Assembly (NCBI GenBank): GCA_038496445.1
Contig: JALMLS010000416.1
Location: 1-64,000 of the forward strand
Source of the DNA: Trichosphaerium sp. ATCC 40318
Lineage: Eukaryota; Protista; Tubulinea
DNA: 64,000 bases
Direction of reading: 5' to 3'
A model generated the notes under the pieces. It saw only the letters and a list, made by a program, of their open reading frames with translations, searched no databases and was not told where the DNA came from. Numbering within the stretch: the first letter of the stretch is position 1; each line of letters starts with the position of its first letter. Positions 12,191-23,394 of this stretch are shown here, one piece after another. A program made the translations under genes and the position numbers.

Positions 12191-14757
12191 TCATTTTTTG
12201 TTGATCAAAATATTTCCAATCGTCTGCAAATGTCTTGCGCATTTAAGTGCCGTCTGGAAGTCATCAGTGGCTGCAAACCAGTTGCGCACTTCATCCAAGC
12301 ATCCAACCATGTAATGGCACATAGTTATAGAGAGATTCTTAAATCTCTCCAGCTTATTAGCGGAATGAGATGACGGCTTTGTTGGTTCTGGTAACGTCAT
12401 AAACTCTTGAAATTTGTCAAACTCCTGAATGCAACTGTTAGCTAACAGGTTCATATGTCTTTTCTTTTCAATACCAATTTAAGACGCTTGATTACAGCGA
12501 GAACAGGTTTAACCTCTGGAGGCAGTCGTATTCCTCCAATCTTGTGATAAAATGCTACAAATCGCGGTCGAATAACTGAAATCAAAGGCAATAATTTCGC
12601 TAAAAAGAAAGAAATGAACACCCAAACCAAACAAAACTAAAATGATACCCTTCAATTTATCAAGCTTTTCGCCACTTGGACCACGGTTAACATTATTACT
12701 TGTAACTTGTGTGATACGTGGAAGCACACTGCTTCGTCTAAAGAAAAGATATAAATACAGAGCTATCAAGCAGGAGAAGGGAAAAAGTAGCACTTTTTGA
12801 AGAAGCAAAAAAAACTAGGGTCTTACCGTTGCCCACCAGCCTTTTCAAGAAGGTCCATAGACAAACGTGTTTCAGCTTTAATCTTAGGCATGAACACATT
12901 AGAGAAGACGCGCTGAGAGCATCGTTTTTTTAAGAAAGGATGCTGCAACATTTGTGCGGCTGTAGGGCGACGTCTTGGATCTTTGGCACAACAACAGTTC
13001 TGAAAGTGATCAAACTCTCTACTCCATTTGTGTGGCTCCTTCATTGGTGGTATACCTAGCAACACATCAGTACAACATACCCAAAAACACTTCTTTTAAT
13101 AAACTGTGATTGCAACGTTGTATGTATAGTGTAACGCACCTTGGTAAGCTATCATGCGCATTGCTTCCATTACTGCTAAATCAGCATATGGAGGTTCTCC
13201 TTTTTCTTTGAAACAGTGTCAGATTTGATAACAATCACATAAACATATTACTTACCAGCCATCTCCCTTGATGTAATACCAATGGACCAAATATCCACCT
13301 TATTATTATAACCCTCGCTAGTCAACAACTCTGGTGCCATCCTTCAAAACAGTGTTAAGAAAAGGAGAATTTGAAGAAAAGAAAAAAGAAACAATAAAAC
13401 AAAACGCGTCGCACCAGCAAGGTGTACCAACAATTGTTGTACGTTGCTCATATTTAGCAGTCAAACTTGCTGCAAGGCCAAAATCAGCTAGAACACTTGT
13501 CAGCAACCAACATGGAACATAAGAAGCTTATTTAGTTCCGAAACTAGCGGCAAAAAATGGCAAAAATTAGGCCATTTTCAGACAATCGGAATGTTATCAA
13601 AAAACAGTACTACGCCGTAAAACTGCGCATAGCGCAGTACTAAAAGTAAAAAACTAAGGAAAATAGAAAACAGTAGCGTACTTAATTTTACAGCGCCATC
13701 TTGTTTTAAAAGTACGTTGTCGCTCTTGATATCTCTATGAGTGTATTAGAAATCGATTTTCGAGGATGTTCAAATAGAGGTAATACAGAAATAAAAAAAA
13801 GATTCACAAATGTAAAAAAAAGCTTTTGTTTGCCTGTGAATTTGGTCTCTGGAATGGAGATACTTTATGCCAGATAACATTTCATGTGCAACATATGCTA
13901 TCTGAGGCTCTGTTAATATGAGTCCATCTAATAGATAGTCCGCTAAGCAACCCTATCGAAGAAAGTGTCAAAATACGACAAAAACTTTAATAAAAGAAGT
14001 TTACCTTGTCCATAAACTCCATAATGATCCATAATAGAGTATCACTACCCATGAAGCAGTCGTGGAAGTTTACTATATTCTTGTGGTTTGTAGATTGCAT
14101 GATTTCTAGTGCGATCAGTAAGTCACAGAGCCAAAGAAAGAAAGAGACAAAAAACCAATTTGCCTTTCTGGTTTAAAAAAAACGCGCAAATGCGCTCTAT
14201 AAAGCGTCAAAATAGACATGTGTCTTACTGATTTCGGTTGTGATGTATCGTAAGTCTTCATCTTGTATTTTAACTTTTTTTATGGCGATTACTTTTTTAT
14301 TTTCCTTTCTAGTTGCTCTGTACACCAAACCAGAAGACCTGAAATACCCATAAGCGCTTGAAAAGAACATGCCTTTAAAAAAGAAAATATTTGATGCAAA
14401 TATAAAAAGAAATTCCGTCCGCCTAGGGGTGGTGTTTCTGCGATTCCTTATAAGATTCGCGCAACATGAAGTGAATAAGCGAACAGCAAATCTGTTTTGA
14501 CAAAAAAGGCCTTTAAACGGTTTCTAGTCGCAACAAAACGACTAGCACGCAAGCCTGACAAGTCAAAAGATGGTACAAGTATTACCCTTCACCAAGCTTT
14601 TCGTGCACTATGTAGCCAAGTTCGTGTAAATTACCGCCAGCAGCTCTGTCTTTACCCTACGCGAATGGTAAGCGACAGAAAATACGTACTAGCTCTATTT
14701 CAGTACCAAAAGGTGAGCGAGCTCTTTTTGAGCGCGGGGACTGTGAGTGTTTGCCAT
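12191..14757 (-). CDS. STE20/PAK-like Ser/Thr kinase with C-terminal extension
   Basis: Spliced motifs: KLGEG|SSGLVY..IAIKK, IHR|DIKSDNVLL, DFG..RTTIVGTPCW|MAPE, KVDIWSIG, GEPPY, RRPTAAQMLQHPFL. Confidence 0.88.
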
Positions 14758-15044
14758 GGAAATACTATTGTATGTTTTCTTTTACAGCGAGATGACTTGT
14801 TTTATACCAAAGGAACTCCCAATAGTTTACCGATCCACAATCGTAGCACTTGTCGTTGTAATTAGGTGTTGGGTAACAGTTAAAGCATGCACTCGGTTAC
14901 CTTAACACCTAGGACTTAAGCAACGGCGCAAAAGAGGTTTTAAATGCATAAAAAGAAGGTTAGTAACAACACTGGTAACACACAACTTTACAACAAGCAG
15001 TCCTTTACTTCTTGATTTTTTTTGGCACAACTTACAAAATTTTT

Positions 15045-18000
15045 TTACTCATCATCAGACGACTCATCGTCTTCTTCGTCGGAAGAACTATCATCCTCCT
15101 CTTCAGATTCTTCAGCTACAATAGCGTCTGTGGACGATTCTTCGTCTTGTTTAGCCTTGCGCTTAGTTTTCAATTCAAAAACTTCGTCATTTTCTACTTC
15201 TCGTAGTTCGAGCTCGTCTTTTTCTGCCTCTGCTTCACGTGCTTTAGCACGTTTTAGTTTGCGAGCAGCCTTAGTGCTCATAGATTCATCTTCGTCATCA
15301 CTTGTATCTTCAGATTCGTCATCGCTTGGATAGTCTTCACGATCATCCTCGTCAAAAGGAAGACCCATGTAGAAGAATATCTCATCTGGTGAATACTCAC
15401 CACTTTAGTAAAAATGTTAGCATTAGGCAACCAAACAAACAAAAAACCAGTACGCACAAGTTCTCCTCAACAAATTCTTCACGGTAGAAGTACTCCCTGG
15501 CTTTGTGCTCATCAATTTCATTGAGCTCTAAGATAATTTCTGCTGGTGTCATTGGCACACCTCTACTCTTCTTCATAACTTTCAAAACACCAGTATTACG
15601 CTTTTGGAAAGCTAGTGATTTCAATAGATCAGCTGAAGTTTCTTCTTGACCAGAGTATGCGTCAGTTACCACAGCTAGCAATGGTGTTAGTCTACTTGTC
15701 CAAAACATTTCAAACAACTGTACCGATAAATATGTTAGTTAGTACAGATACTACAACGATGAAGTATACTGCTAGATACCACAGGAGTAGTCCCTTGCTA
15801 TTAACAGCACGAGAGAATCCTTCAAGATCAAATAATCCAATCCAGAACAAAAACATTTGCTCTATACTTCCTGTAAAGTTTCCAAACTCATTCAAATTTG
15901 AACCGAACAAAAGATGACCAAGGCCTGTAAAGACCATGAATAGCATGAGTGAGAAGACAAGCAAATATGTCATAACACCACCCAACTATTTTGTTAAGAG
16001 TTAGTTCATCAACACATTTGTAATGGATGAGTACCTTTGCAATAAGATATCTGAACCAGTAGTACCTTGGGCTACTTCCAAGCAAGTACATAGTCCTAGT
16101 GGTGATTAGATAATGCTGCGTAGTTGCAAAGAAAAGATACAAACGGTGAAGAACTCTTGGTACCTCAAAAATAGCACCATAGCCAATATGACGCTAATAG
16201 AAAAGTATGCAATGTAAATTATGTTGATGGATACTATCTCTCTTAGTACTTCATTGAACTGAAAGATTGAGCCATTTTCGAATGAAGGGAATACAAAACG
16301 ACGTGATACTACTACTAAACGTCCCCATAGGGCAACAGCAACTATGACCATCTAACATATCGTGAGATAAAAAACGATAGTCAAATGGTACGCACTGGAA
16401 TTGTGAGGTACACGAAGAAAGCCATGAAAAAGCCATATCCGCGAACAGAGTGATCTCTAGTAGACAAAAAGGATTTATATGCGCCTTGTCCACGAGCGCC
16501 TGTTCTAAGACCAGCCAAACGGCAAACTTTTTCGCCGATACGCACGTGCTACAAGTTGATGAGCATTAATCAACGAAAAATGGATTACCTTGGCCTCAAG
16601 GAAGACGCACACGAAAATCAATACAATCACTATAATCTAAAGAATCCAATAAGAACGGTAATCCTTTCTTTACTCAAAAGTAAACGTACTTCCAACATAA
16701 TGCGTGTTAAGTCTGCAGTGCTGCCATATGGATCAATGTACAGAGAAATTACACTATCTTCATTCTGTACTGTTCCAAGGAGAGTAAATCGAATAGTCTA
16801 AACCTTGTTTAGACGTTTTGTAAAAGTGAAGGGATACTTACAACGAAAGTTAAGGTGACTGCTTCAAGACTAGGGTTATACAGTGGAAACATTACAACTA
16901 CTGTTCCAGTTTGATCATTTATCCAGTTGGCATTCTATGCAGCGTATAAGAAGTATGAACAATACAATCAATACAAATGTACCTTTGCTTCGTTTATAAG
17001 GTCTGTAGCTACACTAAGACCACTTGTGCGGCGTAGGAAAATGTGTTCAGTCACATTATTAAAAGTACCATTTATTGTCTCAGGAATATTGAAGTTGATG
17101 TTGTCCAAAGCGTGGCGGACAGACCTGATGCCAGTCTCCCTCTTAAAGCAAACTCTTTGGGTTGTATCGTTTGATTCACGAAAGGCTCTAGGACCACACG
17201 TTCTGAGAAAAATGTCAGTCAAACCGCAATGTGTACAAAAGAAATTGTACTCAGTTTTTCGTCTGATATTTGCAACTAGAATGCCAGACCAAAGACGATT
17301 ATAGCGTGCAAGGAAATGTTGACGATCTAGAGGTAAAGGCGATCCAGCAGCGTCCTCTTCTACAAAGATATTGCCCAAAAGAACTTCTTCAAGCCACTAC
17401 AAAAGAAAAATTGTAAAAAGAGAATTGTGCAACACAGATTTCCGTTTAGTCCAAAAAACGTACTGTGTAGAGTTGTTCCTAGGCTTGTATTAGCGATGCT
17501 AAACTGGCAACAAGAAAGACTTGCTGAAAGTTGTGTTCAGTTTGTAAAAAAAAAGGCAAGGCCAGAAAAACGATTTTAGAGCTCTACGGGCGCGTAGGAC
17601 TACATTTGAGGCATTTTTCGTTTGGGAAAACTTTTCAGCGATAAAAAGCGTACGTAGTTGCCTATGTCGTCAAAGGTTATAATGCCATCAAAGTTGTCCC
17701 TGTTGAGAATCAAATTAGGAAAAGTGATTATTCGTGTTAGAAACAAGCCACAAAGTACCTCAGTTCTCCAGTTATCGCGATAGGGGTCTTTATAGAGTAC
17801 GGAATTAATTGTAGGCCCAAGAGTACAAAAACTAATCCTGTTGTGGCTAACAACAAGTAATACAAGAAGCTGAACCTAAAGGAAGTTCATCAGTCTTCGT
17901 TTAAGATTAAATAACCATACGTTTTCTCCTCATCGAGTACTTCGAGTACGGATCGGACCAAGCGAAGCTTTGGCGCTTGTGCAGCTACATCGTTATCATG

Positions 18001-18096
18001 TGCTAATCGTTTTGGGCCCTTTGGTGTGCCACCTGCTGTACGAGCCGTACTAGCCCTAGGGGACTCTAGAGGTGCGTTTGTATAATCAGTACTCAT
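15045..18096 (-). CDS. Polycystin-2 (PKD2/TRPP)-like cation channel with acidic C-terminal tail
   Basis: Polycystin/TOP-domain motifs NRLWSGILVANIR and WINDQTGTVVVMFPLYN. S5-pore-S6 segment GHLLFGSNLNEFGNF..IGLFDL..YFIVVVSVLTNIFIGTV. Tail is D/E-rich. Confidence 0.8.
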
Positions 18097-18654
18097 GCTG
18101 CCTGTCTTTGGCAAAATCACAACAACTATTCTCCAGCTTAACTGAATTAAGACGTTTTAGTAAATTTAGCTTTTATGCAATGATGACATTGCGAGATGAC
18201 CATATTGAAGTGCCTATGGCAAGGCCAAACACTGGTTATTTCACGGTGTGTTGTAACAGATTACCTTCAATTGGCGTACAATTATTACTGTGCGAAAGTA
18301 GCGTTTCTTCGAGCACTATCAATACCGGGACCGTGCTAACGTCACAACGGTAAATGATTACGTTTAGATGTACTGTTAGTAACTTGTCAAGCTTTCCAAA
18401 TTAGGTTCGTACTGCGTTAAAGTCACCGCAGTACCACAAAGCATCTGTTTGATACAATACAGCAGTTTTTTTTAAGTTGTAGTTCAGAAAACCTGGTAAC
18501 ACGCGGCTATAGTAGTATCACGCCTTGAAACCGCCTTTGTAATATGTTTTGTGCCATTTTCGGTTTGACTAGCCACTTAGTTGAACAAAATCAGAAAAAT
18601 GTCAACAAATAGTCACTGCTAGTATTTTAGTACTCCAAATACGCATAAAACAGC

Positions 18655-20159
18655 ATGGACGCAAGTGCTCTAACAAAATTAGCTAAACGCGCAATAGAAG
18701 CCAAAGCAAATGCTTACTGCCCTTATTCGAGGTTTCAAGTAGGTGCTGCAGTACTAACAGATACAGGAGATGTATTCGTCGGTACAACTTCTAAAAAAAC
18801 GCCTCGACCTCTAATACGGCTAGGTTGTAACGTGGAGAACGCTTCTTATGGTCTAACAATCTGCGCTGAACGAGTTGCAATTTGCAGCGCTATAGCCAAT
18901 GGAGCCAAGAAAATAGTCGCCTTGGCTTGTTCCACGTACGTTTTTTTTTGTAGATTGTTGATTAGCATCATTTCTCACCTTACTGAAAGAAATATCGATG
19001 ACGACAAGTTCCCATGCGGCGCATGCCGTCAATTCATCGCTGAGGTACATTATACTTTTTTGTCACAAACTAGAAAACGACTAGTTCTTTATTTGACACA
19101 TGTAAGTTCGGGGACGTTCTCGTTCTTGCAGTGCGTCCAAGTGGTGCATTCAAACGCATGAGTATTCGCCAACTATTGCCATTTCCATTCGGAAAAGACG
19201 CTCTACACCAAGATGAGTATGCCAACCTTCCTATGGACCCAAAAGCCACATTTTCGCCTCGATCAGAGCGCACAGGGCCTGCAGATGGTGCTGCTGTAGA
19301 AGATGAGTACGTTCATTTCCATAACATGGAAACTGTTCAGTTTTTTTCAGTGTTACTAATAGCCAATAGCAAGGACGCAGTAACGCGTAGTCTCATGATT
19401 ATTGGAGATAGCAGAGTAGGTACATAAGACAATCAGTAAAGTACAACAATATTGGGCTCACTGGTGTTTTAAAAAAAAGGAAAGACATCCATCATTTCAC
19501 AGTTTAGAGATGACAAATTCTCAGCAGTTTACAACGGAACAAACACTATAGATTTTGTACTACATAATGGGTGATATCACCATTTGGTTGCTTACGTTTT
19601 TATCAATGTAGGCAAGCCGTATAAAGGCATATAAGCGCAATAAAATTACAACTGTAAATGGAGTCAAAAACAAAGTTCAGATTTGGGATACAGCAGGATC
19701 AGAAATGTTCACAGCAATCACGCGATCGTATCTTAGAGGATCTAAAGGAGTACTCATTGTTTTCGACGTAACAGAACCAACATCATTCCAAAATGTACCA
19801 TCATGGTTGGAGGAAGTTCAAAAGCAAGGTCCCAACAAACCGCGGATACTTTTAGTTGGTGAGTTCGTTTTCGGCTTTGTCAATGGCATCAATTTGTTAA
19901 ATCCTATTAGGTAATAAATGTGACATAAAAGGACGTAAAATCACTAGCGAGATGGCATTGGTACGCACTAGGTAATGGCTTATCAGGGTTTTTTATTCCA
20001 TTTTAGAAATATGCAAAACAAGCTGGTTTGTTGTATATCGAAACATCAGCAAGAACAGCACGCAATGGTACGCAGTTTCTACTTTAGTCACGTGTTTGAC
20101 ATCTGTTATTAGTGCATCAAGCATTCATCAAGTTGTTGACAGCAATCGCTGCCGAATAA
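18655..20159 (+). CDS. Cytidine deaminase (homotetrameric CDA type) fused to a Rab-like small GTPase
   Basis: CDA motifs: AYCPYSRFQVGAA, G|CNVENASYGLTICAER, PCGACRQ, LLPFPFG. The same reading frame continues to IIGDSRVG|KTS, then WDTAGSE, YLRG, G|NKCD and ETSA. Stop is at 20157-20159. Confidence 0.85.
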
Positions 20160-20381
20160 GTATGTGACGGTACTGAATGAAATGAAGTTACACGCTGGTT
20201 CTCTTGATCATACTTTTTCTCCACAACTGGATGTGTAAAACTAATCAAGATGCATTATGTAAAAAAATATTGACAGTGAAAAAAACCAGCGTATGAATTG
20301 TTTTGACTTGAATTTGCTCGCTTTGTTGGTATTGAATAATAGTCTGCTGTAAGCGATACCGTGAGGCGTGCGTATTCTCAA

Positions 20382-21236
20382 ATGCTGGCGACAAGAGGCA
20401 TAAGCATTGTACAGCGTAGTAGCATCGCAAGGATAAACCGCTCTAAACCTACCCGAGCGTTTACTACTAGTGTTAAAACCCAATCAACCAAACCAAAAAA
20501 ATTAACTTGGGGAGAGAACCTCTGTACGCTGCCCTAAGCTCTTATTACGCACCATCGCGTTATTGAGCTCAATAATCACGTAATAGCTTACAACTACATA
20601 GTGCCCGACTTAGAAACCAATGCGCTTGGCGGTAAGCATTTCGTATTCCTAGGCGATTTTAGATTGCAAATCGGTGACGAGAGGCCAGTATACAAATCTC
20701 AAAAATTTTTGCGAGGATTAGTAGAGCGTCATGGTGGTAGGGTTCAAAACAAACTGTCTAAACGCGTGCGTACAAAACCTCTAACTGTCAAAAAAAAACA
20801 AAAACAAAAACTTGCTCGCTCCCTGTTACAACTAAACTAATGGTGCAGGTAACGCATGTCATCACTTCACGAACATATGTTGAACACACTGAGGACGGTC
20901 GCCGCTGTAAAGTACGTGGGCTTGAAGAATTCTTTCTGTAAAGACAAAAATATTCTTTTTTTTTTTGGAAATGATAGAAACCGTCTTTTAACTGAAGCTG
21001 TATCTAGATAATACAGGCATTGATAGATAGAAAAAAACCAGCACATTCCATAGACTTGATTCTGGACTCTATCCGTAATGAAGAGTTTGTTGAAGACGAC
21101 GAAAAGTATAAAATATTTTGTCCTGTTGCTGGTACCATAATATTATTCATTATTTAAGTTTGCTCTACTTCTACTCATTCTCTCTATTACAGAAATGCCA
21201 AGACAACAGAAGTTGTTTGCCCACAAGGCCATTTAA
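20382..21236 (+). CDS. Small single-BRCT-domain protein with predicted mitochondrial presequence
   Basis: N-terminus MLATRGISIVQRSSIARINRSKPTRAFTTSV is R/S/T-rich with no acidic residues. BRCT region: LGGKHFVFLG...LVERHGGRVQNKLSKR|VTHVI...LILDSI. Confidence 0.65.
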
Positions 21237-21606
21237 GCAAAAGAAAACAAAACAAGAAAAATGTAAAGACACAAAATTGATAAATGCTCAAACAACGGCG
21301 CCACAAAAGGATTTTCTGGCAAGCGCACATTTTTTGATAATAAACAAAAAACCAATCTTAAATGTGCCAAAACTTACGTATTATACACATTTGCGCGTAA
21401 ATTGAATAAACGACTTGCTATGTAATTACAAACACGCCCCTTTACTGTTCTATACAGATGCAAAACTATCTTCAAACATGAGTTTGACACATGTTGTTGT
21501 CTAAAACAAAACAAAAGAAAAAATCGGATTGTCGTTGTCCGAGCATTTTAAGTCCACAAACACCTTTTTAAACACACCAACTCACCTTACAACACCTAAT
21601 ACACTC

Positions 21607-23049
21607 ATGATCAGGTACTAGCGCAGTTAATCGGTTGAATGCTAGTTGCATACTGTATTTATTGATACTTTTCCCGTTCAGGTTCCTATTGCTCGGAATT
21701 TGCTTTTTGGTGCTTTACACCAACGCAGCTACTCTTAAACGCTGTGAACTTGCAAGTTATAATCCATCTCGAACTACAGAGTCTCTACGAGCCTGTCCAT
21801 CATCCACAATCACACCAAACGAATGTACAGCAAACGGAGAAGCCATTTGCAGCTTTGGAACTACTAATCCAAGCTGGTACAAGCTCATACCATTAGACCC
21901 ATCCAGTACGTATCAAAATGGAACAAAACACTCGTTTTACGCGTAAACCACCATATTATGTTAAATTGTAACGGCCGCTCAATAGTTCCTGAGGACTGCC
22001 AAAAGTACACCTTAGAGTTCTACAACGACGCTGAATGTGAAGACCCTGTACTACAGTCTATTTCACAAAGTTGGAAAGCAACTCCATTGGTTGTAAACGC
22101 TGATCATCCAGAGTATGTTTCAACCATTTAAATAACCCAACTGGTTACTAACAAGCGTAGAGTCCGGTACAAATGCGGTGGAGAAACAACTACACGTGCT
22201 AAATATGGATTTCATGTTTCTCAAACTGTAACAGCACCTACTGTACGCTAAAACATTTGGTGGGTTTAAATTATAGCTCATATTCGTTAAAGGAAATATG
22301 GGCAGCTACTTTCATAGATGACACGTGCACACAACTGCATGATAACCAAAAAGTAGGTTTAGTAACATCAACATGCATTTTGAATTCAGCAATCTGTGAC
22401 ATCAACGCTAACTTTCCAAACCTTCCTGTTAAATACACTACAGTACGTGTTTATATGGTGCATGTTATGTACGGAGAATTAAATTATAACACTAGGCTGT
22501 CTACGATCCAGTCGAAAACCCTTGGGGTATAGACATGCAAGTGTTTGGAAACAGTGAATGTAGAGTTACTGGAAAAGGAAGTCCAGTTGATATGCAATTT
22601 AATAGTGTATATCCACTATCTGTACACCCTTCTACACTACCTTTCTTCTGCACTGGTACGTTTGAAAGTATTCTCACAATACTTACAAGTCCAACAATGT
22701 TTTTATCAAGCTAAAAATTACTGTAGAGTGTGGCCAGTACTATGTCAAGTTTTACTTAAACAATCCTGCTCTGCATTGTCCAATAGAGGCTCTTAAATTC
22801 TTAGTACCTACACCTCCCCCACCTACTTCTGCACCTACAAAAGCAACAACACTGCCTCCAACAGAACTACCAACGCCTGAGCCTACAGAAAGTCCAACAG
22901 CAGAACCTACGAGAGCACCCAGACCCAATGTTCCAGTTGATTTTAGACAAATCAATCCACCAACAGAAAGAGTACCAATGCCTAATGGTGTTGCTAGTGC
23001 CGTTATATCTGTAATGGGTCTATTTGTGGCTGTGACGTTGTCATTATAA
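21607..23049 (+). CDS. Secreted Cys-rich surface protein with Pro/Thr stalk and GPI-anchor-like C-terminus
   Basis: Signal peptide MIR|FLLLGICFLVLYTNA, Cys-rich exons, P/T/E stalk at 22810-22930, and hydrophobic tail NGVASAVISVMGLFVAVTLSL*. Confidence 0.7.
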
Positions 23050-23394
23050 TGTAAGAAGTAAACTATATAACCAATCTCAGATCTCTACAACCAATGTCTT
23101 TAAAAAGCAACTACATATTGTCATTTTTTGCGCTTATTACTACGCTATTAACAAACTTCCTGGCCTGTTACTTTTGAAGAAGGTTCCTTTGACGCTCTAG
23201 CTGTTATTCTTCCACACTTGCCATAAGTCAATTGCTACCATTCCCACTGCAGTTTCCACAGTAAGTCTTTAGAAGCATTGTAGTATTGGAGTGATTTATT
23301 TAATGAAAATCCAAATACTAAAAGGGTAGTACAACCCACGTGATTTTTTGTTTTGTACAAAGCGTAAGGTCTTTTTTTTGTTTTAATTTTTATC

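Noticed and set aside
15012-15333. Ser-rich plus-strand ORFs
   Set aside because: These are the antisense of the acidic tail of the PKD2-like gene.
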